Assembly: GCA_963924565.1 (NCBI GenBank)
Contig: OZ004615.1
Coordinates: 7,440,001-7,504,000 of the forward strand
Origin: Ascidiella aspersa
Taxonomy: Eukaryota
Length of the DNA stretch: 64,000 bases
Direction: 5' to 3'
Shown here: positions 41,701 to 56,700 of the stretch, piece after piece
Position numbering within the stretch: the stretch's first letter is position 1
Layout of the letters: every line of letters starts with the position of its first letter
Position numbers and translations under genes: made by a program
The notes under the pieces: generated by a model
What the model saw: the letters and a program-made list of their open reading frames with translations, nothing else
Told to the model about the DNA's origin: nothing
The model's database searches: none

Positions 41701-44700
41701 ACTCAAGAACGGAAGCGTCCTCGAGTCAAGCGATGCCGCCCTCCAGTGTCAGGTCATCCACGTCGATTACGTCAGCGGTCAGTGGAAGCGCGACGGGGTG
41801 GCGCTAAAGAGCGGCGACGCCAAGAAGTATTCGGTCGAGGTGGACGGCAAAACACAACGATTAGTCGTGCGTGGCGCCACCCTTGAAGACGCCGGACGCT
41901 ACAGCTACGTCACCGGCAGTGATGACGTCACTGAGGCGGAGTTGAGCGTCATGCCAGTCGAGATCGTGCAGCCCCTGGTCGACGTTTGCGAGGCTGAGAC
42001 TGCTGCCGTAAAGCTGACTGTTGCGCTCTCGCAAGCTGGAGTCAATGGAGTTTGGATGAAAGACGGACAGCCGATCAAGGTTTGTGATTTTCACTGAAAG
42101 CGAATTATTGTACTTACATTTTATTTTAACTTTGTTAAGTTTATCACGTATTTGTCTTTGTTCTCTGATTCCACTGTATGAGATATATGCACCTGACCAT
42201 CTTCTGAACGAGAAGTACTTTTTGGCACAATTCTAGCTTTCAAAATACCCCGAGTTATTTAAACTACGATTTTTCTCATTTTTTATTGTAAATAAATATA
42301 AACAGCCGAATTGCATTAGAAAAAGGATAGCAAAGAATTTTGAGACAAAACAAAGCGCCTTTAAGCAAAGAGACCGCAAAGGGTTAAAACACATAATAAT
42401 TTCTTTTTTTCACTCCAATAGAGAGTTTATTTATTGTTCAAACAACATTTTTTGTATGACATTTTGACATATGTGATGCAATATTTTTAAACGAAAACAA
42501 GTATTAAACCAGAAATATATAAGTTGATGTCAAACTACTCACAAATAATCTGAAATTTGCCAAATCCCCAATCTGCAATATACAAATGCGTTTCAGATGT
42601 CGACAAACTGCGACGCCACTGTGGACGGACAAACACACACCTTGTTCATTCGATCGCTATCCGTCGAAAACCAGGGCGTTTACGAATTCAAGGCCGGAAG
42701 CAATTCAACGAGTTGCAAGCTTTCCGTGCAAGGTACAGAACTGTGGCCTGTAAATATAATAGTGATTTTGTTTAAACCTGTTGGCTTGTCATAATTATGG
42801 TCGATGACGTTTTTGTATTTACTCAAAACACGGCAAATTAAAACGCAGTAAATCAAAGCAACTGTAGGAAGTCTTTTAGAAGAAATTTCACAATCGTGTA
42901 TTAAGTTACGCTTTGAAAGGACGGTTTTGCTTCTCTTACACAACCATTAAGAATTTAAAGATAATTATTAACCATTGCGCCGGAGCCTGGAACTTCTTAT
43001 TTCCATTTTTTTCTCCTCCAAGCGCTGTTGTTAGTGAATAGCAAAATTTGATTTAACGCCCGTCCTTTCGCCTAGCTTTTAAATACTCACCAAATAAACA
43101 GTCATGACTTAAAACACAGACAATCAAGTGACTTAAACATTTCACTTACAGGAGCTGAAATCACGCGGCCTCTGGTCGACCAGTCTGTTCTAGAAACTTC
43201 CAAGGTCACCCTCGAATGCGAGGTGGCCCAGGACGGGGTGCAGGGACGCTGGTTGCGCAACGGCAAGGAAATCGACCCGGCCTACACGCAGAAGTACGAG
43301 AGCTCGTGCCAGGGCCGACGCCACCGGCTCACTATCACAGGGGTCGGCAAGCAGGAGTCGGGAACCTACACTTTTCAGTTTGGCCGGGCTTCCACGTCGG
43401 CTACACTTCAGGTTGAAGGTAAGGCGATGGGTGCTTGTTTAAACGTGAACGTTTTTTTAAACGTGAAACTAAATGTAGAGTTTTTTTCGCAGTTGTGAGG
43501 AGTGTAACCCACTTAAAACAATTGAATTTACTATGAAATACGTTGTACAAATATTCGCTAGAACGGCCACAAACCAGAGAGTTGTGTGCAGTATTTTTGA
43601 ATGATACTATCTTAACAATGCAATTCAAATAGGATATAGAAATATCGCAAAACATAGGCTCGATAACTCCTTGAGGAAAGAAATTAGAAAAAAAAATCTA
43701 TTTTTAAACCAATAGTGTTTTTATCAGTTTAAATTTTGTCATTTTGCCTTGTTTCAGTGCTGGTAACTTTTATTTTTGTCATCCAAACTCTTGGCTAGAG
43801 CCTTATTCACGCGTATTAAACGTTCAAACCGGGACAAATTACTATCACAAACAAGCAACTAGTCATTTTAAAACAAAGAAACAACTATATTCACTCCTCA
43901 CAGCCACCAAGTTCGCCAAGGGACTGCGCAACATCACGGTCAACGACGGCTCCGACGCCCAGTTCAACGTCGAGATCGCCGACGAGCGAGTACGTGACGT
44001 CATATGGCAACGCAACGGCGTCACGCTGCGCGCCGACGGCGCCAAGTACAAGATGACGTCAGACGGCACACGTCACACGCTTGAAGTGCTGGCCATCGCG
44101 CAGAATGACGAGGCTGTGTACAGTTGCATCGCCGGTTCGGCCAAGACCAGCGCCCGACTTTACATTGATGGTAAGCGGCGAGACGCGCTTGACCAATGAT
44201 TGCTGAGTCGTGCTGGGCACTTTTTTGCGATTTCGAGACGGCCTTTGCACGTTGTCGCTTGTATTTTAATTCAAGTTTTTAGTTGAAAACAAGTTTTCAA
44301 GCAAAACACTATAGAAGATGAGATTTTTCGCAAAATTTTCTTCGAAGGTCGTCTTTTTTTTGTCGGACATCATCAGGCGTGATAGCATTGCAAAAACGCA
44401 ATAGCTAAAAATAAATATATTTTCAATAAATAATTCAATACATTGAATTTCTCTTGGGCCTTGTCACTCCCTGCTTACTTTACAATCCAAAATGAATTAA
44501 GAAAGCTAGCCACACCAATCAAACATGGGGTATTGGGGTAAGAACTAATTTTTCGAGTTCCCGCTATTCATTTTTAATGCGCCGAAAATGCGAGAAAATA
44601 AATATTCGATAGGATTCCGCGTATCCGCTCAATAGGCGTCCTTTTAAACTTTTAGAAAGAAGTCAAGCTGTATATTCAGGAAGACCCTTGAAGTCAAACG

Positions 44701-47700
44701 TTTTCTCTTAAAAATCATATTTTATTAAAAATCACTTGCTTTACTTGCAGTCGTGCCAATAGATGTGCTGGCCTGGTATATTGCGCGACGTAACAAAATT
44801 ATCCAACCCAAACTGCGCCTGTGACTCTCATAACTTGTCACCGCAGCTCGTAATCAAGGCAATGTTGTTGTCGTCGTCACTCATAATTGTTCGGCCATTC
44901 CGCCCGATCTGTAACCCCTACGAGTGCCATTGTTCATTTCGCACGAGTATGGGCCGTAGTCATAGCTGACAATAACAGGCCACTCGACATTGGGCGCGAA
45001 ATATCGATTAAAACTATAGTTTTTCCGGAACTTGTCATTAAACAATAGCTTAACTTTGAATTCCTAACATAAAGCGTTTACCGATGACGTTTCCATGACA
45101 GTACTTCATGTGACTTCCCGTTCGTGCATTATAGTTTCTGTTTTACGTAATAAGAATATCAAAGCCCATACAGAAGTAGGTATAATTTTGAACGTTTCAA
45201 ATAACTCTTTATTCACTTCTGCATGGGCTTTGATATTCTTATTACGTCTTACTACAACCTCCAACCCTTATGCTCGAAAGTTTTTGTTATGTTTTTAATA
45301 AATGCTTGTTTTTATTGTACCCCTTCATCATCGCTTTCGTATTGCCGCGTATTTTTTTCAACGCCAATTTTTCGCGGCCGTAATAAAATATCACAAGCAA
45401 AAAAACAAGTGCGAAATTGTGCCTTTGTGCCGCATTTAATGCCGTGTTTTCTGATGTCTCTCAGCCGTCGAGATCACGCGTAAGCTGACCGAGGTGCGAG
45501 CGATGGAACGTCGGACCATCGAACTCACCGCCGAGGTCAAGAACAAGGACGTCAGGGGCCAGTGGCTCAAGGACGGCAAACCGCTGAAGCAGAACGAGCG
45601 AATTGAGGTGTGTGAAATAAAGTTAGGATGCCTTAAAGGGGAACATAAATGAGTAAACAGTTTTGGGGGCCAAAGCCTGACTTGCTTAAACATTATTACC
45701 AGTTTTGTGAGGAATTAATAATAAATAATGTTATCGTAAAGAATTAATATTAAATAGAAGAGCTAGAACATTTAAAAGGTTTGTTAAACGGTATAATGTT
45801 TAAATCAATAGTTGTTTAGCTGTTGCCTTTTTACAAGTTGCTGAAAATTCACGCAAGAACATTAGAATGCCTAAGCCTGCAAATAAAGTATATGAATTAT
45901 TAACTAAAGTTTAATTATACTAACAAAATTAGGTATTACAAAAGAAAACTAAACTTGGATCACATCATGTTGCCTATCGGCGCCCTAAGTTGAGGAACAC
46001 GGTATTCATATAGAAATCCTCTACACAAGCAAAACTCAAAACTCTAATTCCCAGATCATCCAGCAAGGACGAGTTCACAAACTCGTTCTGAGCAACTCGC
46101 GAGCCAGCGACACCGGTACGTACGAGTTCAGGGTCGGTCGTTCCGCAACGTCGACCACCGTCAAGGTCGAAGAGGTGCACGTGACGAAACGCATGAGTGA
46201 CGCCGTCGTCAAGGAGACGCAAACGGCGACATTCGAATGCGTGGTATCGCACGACGATGTGCCCTCTTCGCTGTGCAGCTGGTACAAGAACGGCAAGCCG
46301 ATACAGGTGTGTTTTGCCGCCAGATGGCGTACGAGAATCATATTTTCATGAGCGTAATCCATTTATGTCAAGCGTCGAGTGGGCTTGATTAGAACTTCTA
46401 AATTCTAAACAAAAATCGGAACAACTAAATTCGTATATTGGAACAACTTATTTCGAACAAAAATCGTCTTAATACAGCGTTTATCACCTTCAATTTGGGT
46501 AATAAATGTTCTTTTATTTATAAATTGGAGTCTTGGCATATCACACTTAAAGTCAAGGCGGTTACACTTAAATTAAAAAAAAATGGACGAGCGAAGGGTT
46601 ATTGTAACAAAAACACTAAATCAAATTTGTAGGTATGTATAATCCTAAGCTGAATAGGACTGTCGCCCGCTGGTATAAACACCTGTCCAAAACCAGCCTT
46701 AACAAATAGTTCTATACGGTAAATGTTTTGTACGAAACTTCCATGGTAATTTACTTTACGGAAAGGTACACATTCCTAAACGCATTTGAAAAAATAGCAA
46801 AATTCCACAAATCTCCAACAAAATAAAAGTTTAGACATAACCCCAGTTTTGGTTACAGACTGGTGACAACGTGACACAGACGGTGGACGGACGTGTTTAC
46901 CGCCTCACCGTGAGGTCGTGTTCCGCCGAGGATGCAGCAAAGTACACCTTCGAGGCTGGCCAGGACAAATGCACAGCTGATCTTAACGTTGTCGGTATGG
47001 AAAAGTTTTACCTTTTGTTCGATATTGTTTATCGCGATTCTAGCTGATAACGCAGATTATGGCGAATTTTTTTAAGATTGAAAATAGTTTGCCCCTAAAA
47101 TGCGATTTTTTTGGTTACCACAAAAGAATCACATACAGGCATAGATTCTAAAATTATAAATCTAAATACTATTTTCCCAAACATCGAAACAAATTTATTT
47201 TCGGAGAATCGTTGTTTTCACCATTCGGATTTAGGCAGATTCTGTTATTGGAAAGAAAATTCTGATTATCCTGATTACTATTTACCATCTAATTTTGTCT
47301 CACGATATTGGGTTGTAGTAACTCATATATGTTTACATTCCAAAATGAAAACGTTGTGGAATAGATCTTATATTCCATTAAAAATTAAAACATTGTGGGA
47401 CAAATTACTTTTTTTTTCTGTTTGCTTAAATAACGGAGCCAATGTTTCGTACGCACAGTGTCAGTAAAATGCCGTACGTGAAAAAGCACCAGAGCCCCAA
47501 TAATGTAGCACAAAAACAACAATAAATAAATAATGATAAAAAACATCAAAAAATAAAAACATCCTTGTTTGCAGCCGTGGTGATCGTCAAGCAGCTGCCC
47601 AAGACCTACAAAGCGGTCTCGTCACAAGCGGTTATGCTCGAGTGCTCGCTCGACTCATCCGACATCGGCGCCTACTGGCTCAAGGACGGAAAGCGAATCG

Positions 47701-50700
47701 ACGCCGCCAGGGGTCGCACCATGAAATACGAAAGCCGCGCGGTGGAAAAGTCCCACACTTTGAGGGTGAAGGACCTTGGCGCCGAGGACGCCGGCGAATA
47801 CACTTTTGTCGCCGGAAGCCAGAGGAGCTCCACCAAGCTGTTCGTTGAAGGTTGGTAAAATTTTGGCCGCCATTTTGTGTCACGTTAAACTTGATTTATG
47901 ATTCGCCAGTTTTGGCTTACAATAATATATATTGTACTACTGTATTTCTGATTTTCGATATGCAAGTGTTACAATTCAAAAAACGAACAATCCCCAAGTA
48001 AGTTTCGCATTACTTTAATAAATATGAGTATAAGCAGATAACGTGATTTTTTCGTTTTAATTAAAAATGGGTGGAATAGTAAAAGTTTTGAAAGTCTTGG
48101 TGTAAGAAACAGCATCCACGTTCTAACCAATTTTAAACAAAAAAACAAAAAACAACCAAGTTTGTCAGAAAAAGTATATTCAAAAGTGTGTTTGGCACCA
48201 GATTGAAGTAATTGTACCAAACAATAAAACTATATGTTTTTAATTATGGTCAAGCGCTGCTTCTAATCTATTTGACAAAATGCAGACCTACATCTTGATG
48301 TTACAAAATACTCTAATAATACCTATTAATCCAACTCTTATTACCCAGTGGTGACTGTCGACATCACGAAAGCGGTCAAGAACGTCGAGGTTGTGGAGAG
48401 CAAGCGCGCCACGCTCGAGTTCCAGGTCAGCAAGCCGAGCGTGACGGCCAACTGGTACAAGGACGGGATCGAAATCGACCTCAAGATGACAAAGCGGTAA
48501 GCTGCTAATAATGCCACTGATGTATTTCACTATGGGATATGATCATTGCTTTCTGCAATTGAGGTATCTCAATTATTGAGAAATTTTATATTATCGCTTG
48601 TCCTAAAAGGAAAAATGGTTGTTGTGGCCTTCAAAAACGACCACAAGTGAAAAAAAGACTGATACCCCGAAATTAAATCAACCTTAAAACCTGAAATCAA
48701 CCCCAGGATGTCGACTTTATTTATTCCACATTTAGTTTACATAGTAATGACTCCATTTAAGATATACTCAGAGGGTCCTAGAAAAAGTAACGCAAACGAC
48801 TCCAGCTCCAAGCTCTAGGGTCAATATATGTCAATTTAACTCTTAGTTTGATTTAAAGATTGAAAAAAACATGCGAAAATTATTGGTGAGCAACCATTAG
48901 AGTAAAGGTGTTCACATTTCGGGCAATGGCGTCCATAGCGTGAACTCCCCGCGTAAACGTTGTCTAACTTCCATCGCGAAAAACGCTATCCAAATATGGC
49001 GACTCTTCCTATTGCAAGACGAGCTAGCTTTGTAAACTAAGACAAATCAGCACTTTCTTTCTCTCGGTCGCTTCAGTAAACAGCCTTACACGGTGTGATT
49101 ACCCGCTCTGAAATCACAAGTGTCAACATACGCGAGCGATGAAGCTCGATTTAAACTTTAAAGTGCTCAGTGGCGGGAAACGGGGCCAAACAGAGTCGCC
49201 AGTGTTTGGCGAAAGTTTTATTGCTTTTTCCCGGTCGTGTTTGCCGAAGCGCACATCGTCAAATTTAGAGATGATTCGGGTGTTTGTCGGGGTTTAATTG
49301 CCGGGACGATTGTTGGAAGTTGCACTTCTTACTTAACGGGAGCGTAGTTCTGAAAAGCCTTTATAGGTGAGAAAACACCATAGCCTACACTTTATCTGAT
49401 TGTTTTTAAGGTGTAGTCAATTGTGTTCAAGGTTATCGTTGTTTTGTAGAAATATATAATTATGTAATGCAAAGTCCTAATTTCCCAAGTAAAATTTTGT
49501 TAAAAGGTTGCTAATGAAAAAATTTTGTTAAAAGCAAAGTAGAAAGAGCTAAATTTTTGTTATTATCATGTCAAAAACTCACTAATAGTGCAACTACAAT
49601 TTGGCTAGCAAGTAAACTCAACAGTTGTAACCAAGTCAAATATGACAGATAAAGTAACCAAGAGTTCTTGTTTGTTTGTTACAAACTCCGAATAGTTCTA
49701 TTTGAATTTTAGGTTGAAAAGCACTAAATCGGATCTAATTTAAGCAACAATGTTAAATTTAGTGTTCCATTGAAAAATCGTTACGTTATTTAAAGTATAA
49801 CTGTATAAGAAGTTTACAACGCATACCGACAGTAGGTGAATATGCGAGCATTTGCTCTTATATAAGGTGTAAAAGCGAGCTTTTATTATAATATGAGCTT
49901 AGCCAATGGCGTAAACGCACCACAATTCTCATACCAACCAAATGAAGCTTAGTTGCGAAAGATTTGTGATAATGTTATAACGGCTGGTCGTAAATGCTTT
50001 CTCATAAATCAGTCCTTCATTCCACATTAGGCCACCTTTACCGGTTTGGTGTCGATTAATGTATATGACTGTTTCTGGGCACATGCAGCATCAAGTACGA
50101 GGTTGAGGACAAGACCCACCGCCTGCATGTGGACGATGTAAATTTTGACGACGCGGGAGAATACACCTTTCAAGCTGGCAAGCAGCGCGCCACAACCTAC
50201 CTATACGTTCAACGTAAGTGTGCCCTTTGAGTTAAACGATTTGCTGCTCAGCAGAAACGTGAAGCGCAATTTGACGATAGGCTTTATTTTTGGTAATTGC
50301 CTAATTTTTAAACGTTTAGGATGTTGGTCTATTGACGTGAAAATCACTATCGATGTTCATAGTAAAAACGAAGTATATCTAACCGCCTAACTAAAAACTG
50401 ATTAATATGATTTAAGCTATTTTATTGATATGCTTAAAATGATTTGTTATCGCTAGAAAAAAAATATTATTCCAAGTAAGTTTCAGATACGTCGATTTTT
50501 TCGAATGTTCTCGCTTTTATAATAACTTTTTTCCGTGTGGTGTGTTCCAAAGTTTCGGGATTCAGTTTATAACTGTTGCCATTCTAAATAGAACGTTTTG
50601 TCAGTGTAAATAAAACAGATCATTGATGTGATTATACTTGTTTTTTAAAACTAAGAGTTTCAAACGAACAACAGCAAAAAACTGGCCAGCGCAAACAAAA

Positions 50701-53700
50701 CAGCGTTTATTTGAATTGCGACTTGCTTTTCACCTCGGACGCTTTAAACTCTTAATGTTTACTTTAATTATTGCCGATTCTGTGGCAATCGTCTTCTCCC
50801 TTAAACACGCACCGTAGCCCTTTCACTGCATATGTGTGCTAAAGGGCGTTTGCTCGAACTGTTTTGTGCAGCGCCGGAAGCACCCAAGTTCGTCCAGGAG
50901 TTGCGAAATTGCATCGTGATCGCCGGCGAACAGGCAAAGTTCACGGTTCGCTGTGGTGGACGGCCTACACCCAAGATTACCTGGTACAGAGAGGGAATTA
51001 CTATCAGCCCGAGTAAGTACAAGTTTAATTGTTGCTTAGCTTTGATTTCTTTTTTAAAACGAATTTAAAAAACGTACGACCGGACGAACTAGCAGGATTG
51101 GTCATACCGTGTTCCTACGGCCTCGATATATTGGGCTAATTCAACACACCTATACAGAGCCTGTGTGAAGTGTACCACATCCATAACAACTGCCTTAAAT
51201 TCGTGGCTGATATATCAAAAGTGTTTTATTTACTGCGTACAAACCGGTAGTTGCTAAGCTAGATTCTACATAAAAGTTGTTTTTCAGTTGAGTGACGCTA
51301 TACCAGTAACATATGACGTTAACTTTTCCTGTAACTTTATGTCGTGTTTTATGGGGTAAAATAATATTCTACGTCAGAACACAGCTTTTCTCCTTCGAAT
51401 ATTGCACAAATCTGTCCTCGCCGCATTATAAATGTCCATTGTTTTTAGCGGGTTGTGATTATGCGGTACGACAAAGCTTTGTGTACATACATACGTACGC
51501 ATTTAGTGTTGCTAAATATCCCGTAAACTCTTGTCTGGGCACGTCTAGTGGCCTTGTGCACATTAGGCCATTAGTGCACACCAAACACGGTCGTTGTCAA
51601 ATGCAATCTGATCGACATAATGGAAAGGCAAACATTAGTTTGGTCTGCATCGAGCATTAAGGACTGAGGACTAAAAATCTGCTATTGCTTTAATTGCAAT
51701 CCAACCTCTTGCAAAGGTCAAAATCAGTTTATTTTATTGAATCGAATTAAACAAATAATTCTTAATGAGTAATGTAATGCTTAAGTTAGCGAATCTCCAT
51801 CAACGTGTATTTGACATTCTGTTCGATGATTATTAGTATAGAGGTGGATAATTAAATAGAGGCCAATTAAAGAAACATTGATTAACTAATGTGCGAGAAT
51901 CTAAAGGGTTTTATTCAACAAATACTATGTTTAAATGAACGTGTTCTGTTTTTTAATACCAGTGCACTAATACCTTTTCTTTGAAACATACATTACACAT
52001 TAGGTTAATCTGGTGCACTAAGTTTTGGGGATTGTAAATTCCTCAAAAGAATTGATACTTGATTATTAAGTTTTTCTACTAATGTAAATTAAAATAGAAT
52101 TACTTTTGGCCTAAGATAAATTTCCTGTAAAAGTCATTTGTACAATGTTTGCAAACTGTCTGATCAAACCTTTTTTTTCTTTTTTAACAAAATTTGATTT
52201 TCGATTTCGCTAAAGCTAAAGCGTGTCTTTAACACTAGAGTATAGGCCCTACTGTTTATGTTTAAATCTTTATATAGATTATACTTACATTTTTACATTC
52301 AATTACAATAATAGACTACGCGGAAACGGCTACACCTTTGCCGTGTCCTAATACTCGTTGCATTCCTACTATATTTGTCTGTTTTTGAAGGTTTTAAGTA
52401 CAAGCTTTTGCACGACGAAGATCAGTACACACTTGTGGTAGTCGAAGCCGAGACAGCTGACTCGGGCGAGTACGTTTGTGAGGCGAGTAACGAACTCGGC
52501 TCCTTCCGAACGAGTGCCACTCTGCAAGTTGACAGTGAGTTGTTTTTTCTGGCTTTGGGATGGGTTGTCAGAAGTAGGTTAACGATTGGGATATTTGGTT
52601 GTTAAAGCTAGAACTTACCTGAAGAAAAGGCTATATTTTTTACGATTCAAGGTATATAACTCGATTTGCTTAAGCGATAGAAAATTAGGAGTTGTTTTTT
52701 CTTTGGTTACAAGTTAACAGTAACTTTATAAAAAAAACTAAGCCAATCCTGTAATTTTAAATTATATACACGAAACTTTGTACAAAACTGTAAAATTAGA
52801 ATTTTTTCTTTGCTAAACCGCACATTTTACAAAGGCAAAGAAAAGATGCCGGTCGCCAAGACCCCGGAAGTGGTAGCGCCCTCTATCGAGGAGCCGATGC
52901 AAGATTTCATAACGCGTGAGGGACAGAGCGCCCGATTCCAATGCAAGATCGCAGGCACCAGTGAGTTTTTTCTTGTTTATTGTATAATGCCATTTGTCTT
53001 ACAAAAATGCCACACGGTTCATAGCTCTTTTCTAACGTTCTCTATTTTTATGACTTCATCTTTTTTCTCTTTCTCTAAGCTTTTATCCATTATGCCAAGT
53101 CAAAACTTGTCTATTTAGTACTAAGAAATTGAAATATTGCAGTGTATACCAGGAATAAAATTGAACCAGAAAAAAACGATTCAAATAGTAATTTTACATC
53201 TTTGAAAACCATTTCAAAGTTTAAACATGTCTTATTAGAGCCAACATTAAAATGTTTCTGGGTATACCAGAATTAAAAGATAATAATGAATAAGGATTAA
53301 GATAATAAATTTATATCAAAGGAAACTATTTCAAGGTCGCTTACAATATGCTTTAAAACAGTGCTTCCAAACCAGTGGGTCGCGACCGATTGGTGGGTCG
53401 CAAAGCTATTTTAGGAGGGTCGCAAAGCATTTCTAAATGTTACAGTTTTCTATTAAATCAGGAAAATATTGCATTATGAGTACGCAACGTTTATGCAACA
53501 ACATCACAAATGCGTAACAATTAGATGTGTTGTGTCGCATCAACTATTTCAGGAGGTACGCCAGTAGTAAATGTGCAGGTTTTATGTAACTTCATTTGTT
53601 TGGCCATATCTCGTTGTCGGTCGCACAACAAAACTTGCATTAAAAGTGGGTCGCGAACTTGAAAAGGTTGGGAAGCACTGCTTTAAACTACGGAAATATT

Positions 53701-56700
53701 CCTCTATAATTTATTCCTACCGACGACTCACAAAAATAAAATAAAACTCCACTTTGCAGACCCCAAGGTTACTTGGTCACGTGACGGTCAGCGCATCAAG
53801 CCCTCGCGTTACTTCAAACTCTCCGAGTACAACGGAGTTCACCAACTCGAGGTCACTGAGGCGTACCCGGAGGACGAGGGCGAGTACCGAGTCAACGCGC
53901 TCAACTCGCGCGGCGAGGTCTCCTGCACCGCAACTCTCCGACTCGACAGTGAGTCAGCAGTTTGTAGTGGTGACCCCGACTCAAACCGGTCTGATAACAT
54001 AAAAGGCCTAGGCACGATTACTATTGATCATATCCTGATTAAAAATTCCAGCATTGTCGATAATGGTAGCTTAACTGTGACTGATCGTAGTGTAACTGTA
54101 GATACTCATGAATCTGATGCTAGCAATGCAAACCTAGCTGACCATACTTGTGATAATCGTGATACAGTTTCGCCTCATGTGTTGTTGCATCATGTGGCAT
54201 ACTCCAGGCGAACTTGCAGACATGTCAGCGTGGTTTTGCCGCGGGTTCTGTCTGTCAATTGCAAGCCACAACGCCGTTGTCACACCATTAAGTTTGCCAA
54301 TGTCAGCGGCTAGCTGGCTTTAGTTTTGTCTATTAATATTTAAAGCTAGCTTTTGCATTTTCATTCATAAAAAATAACGTTTGTCGACAGTTAATTGCAT
54401 GAGTTTGAGCAGACAACCAGGGAGTTTTCACAGTAAAATTCCCCGGGATACAATCACAACAAAGGAAATATTTATTTAAACAATAATTAAAGTGAAACTA
54501 AAAATAGCTATTCATTTTGCAAGCAAAACACAATGTAAATAACCACAAACTTTGTTCATCTTTTGTTTTAAATGTTGTGTAGTCTTGTTTTTGCATGTAA
54601 CTATTTAATCTTCTTTTTATGCCCTCAACTTACTCGTAGGCTACTTCGTATCTTGCGAGGTCCTTCTTTACCTCATTTTCAAACATAATATACGTACTTT
54701 TTCAAACATAATATACCCACTTTACATCCATTACAATTAGACCTGCTTTATCTTTATTTATCTATCTTCCACTTTTTCGTTACGGATAAATAATGCAAGT
54801 TATAAGGAATAGGACATAAGGTTGTTTAAGTGTTAAGAAGATAAGGTACGTTGTTAGCGATTATAAAATAAGATCAAAAGTGACAGGCTTATATTCAGAT
54901 GTTCATAAGGCTAGATGTTTGCATTTAGGCAAGTCTTTATACAGAAATATACAGAAAACAATATTTTTAATGTAAAAAAATATATATACGTATTGTATTC
55001 TTTATGACAAAAATATGTGTAGTGTAAGAAAACCGTTGATCAGTGAGTCAGAAGCAATCTTAGTTTTTTTAAGGATATGTAAATTGAGGTTGTGATAAAA
55101 TAGACTAACATAAAGCTGACTTCACCCTTCACTTTGTTGCTCTTCTGTCATTGCTTTTCATTCTCCATTTCACTTCATCCTCCAAATAAAAACGGTGAGC
55201 TATTTTCATTTCATTTCCATTTGTTTTTCTTTCATTGACAACTTAGCCTACATCAATATTCTGTAAAGCTTTATTTACACCATCCCTGCTAAATTCGACA
55301 CGCCTGACATGTTTTCAATGACGCAGTCGAGCCACCGAGAGTCATTGAACCGTTGCAACCGGCCCACGTGATCGAGGGTAGCGCGGTGAAACTGGAATGT
55401 GTTATTGAAGGCGACCAAATCGAGGTCCGCTGGTTCAAGCGTGGAAGGGACATTACCGACGACGATACTTACAAAGTAAGGCGAAGTAGTTCACACTTGC
55501 TTAAACGAAAGATTTATACTGAATTATATGAAAGTTTTATACCCACTTAAACGAAAATTTTATACTCTCGAAATCTAATTTGTATTTAAAAAAAATTATA
55601 GAAAAATGTATTTGTCATAACTGTAATTTTGTTATAAATTCAACATGCTTTTTAAATATTTTTTAATCAAAAAATTCTGAAAACATTCGAACAATATATG
55701 CTTAGAAAACTGTATTTCAGTATATCGTTTAAATATGGTCACCATTATTGAAGCTTTATAACAATTAGTAAACCGTCGTTGTTAAAAAACTATAATACTT
55801 TCTTCAAATGTAAACTTAAACTTCTCTGTTTGTGTGGAAAATAAGGGTGTTAAAATTGTTCGGTGTGTCCTATACATCATTTCAAACCTTTCAAAAAACT
55901 GGGCGAGATAGCTATTTGCATATAACCTAATATTCATTGTAACATAAAGCTTATTAAAACTCATTGTGACCCCCTCTTCTATTGATTTCAGTCAAAGGCC
56001 GACCCAAGCAGTGGTCACTGTTGGCTTGTGATACCGCATTGCACCCCGAAGGACTCGGGCGAGATTCGATGTCACGCCTCCAACTTCGCTGGCGAGGCTG
56101 TTTGCAGCACAGATCTGCGCGTCACAGGTAGGAACCTTGTTTTTCAGCCTTTCTAACTGAGCATGCTGCCCAAACGTGAGGTTTTTTTGCGTTGTTCTGT
56201 TTCTCGATAAGGGTACTTTGAAACAGTTATTTTGGAAATGTTTAAATGCATTGCATCAAAAGGCCAGTGGTTCTTGAATGTTTATTATTATTATTCTCTG
56301 AAATCACAGTAATGCATTTCAGTTAACCAATTTTCATGTTTTAAGCTGTATTGGTATAAATAACGACAAAAGTACAAAGTAATGATGTAATAATTTCCAC
56401 TAACAAACATTAACCATATGTACTCTTTTGCTATAAAGCGATCAAAGTTGAAGTATTTTATCATAAGCAAGGTTTTACCCAACAAAAGATAAAAAAATAA
56501 TATATTGTTGATGACTACTATCTATCCACAGTTTAAGTACCACTGTTTCAACCATTGTTAAAACAGTTTTTTTTTTTTTTGCTTTATGCATGAAGTATGT
56601 TTCTTTTTGGATTCTGAGTTATTTTTCCGACTTGACCATGTACGGTATGTTGTCTGGTTTACCCAACAGAGGGCAGCCATTACGAAATGTCATTTGTTTT

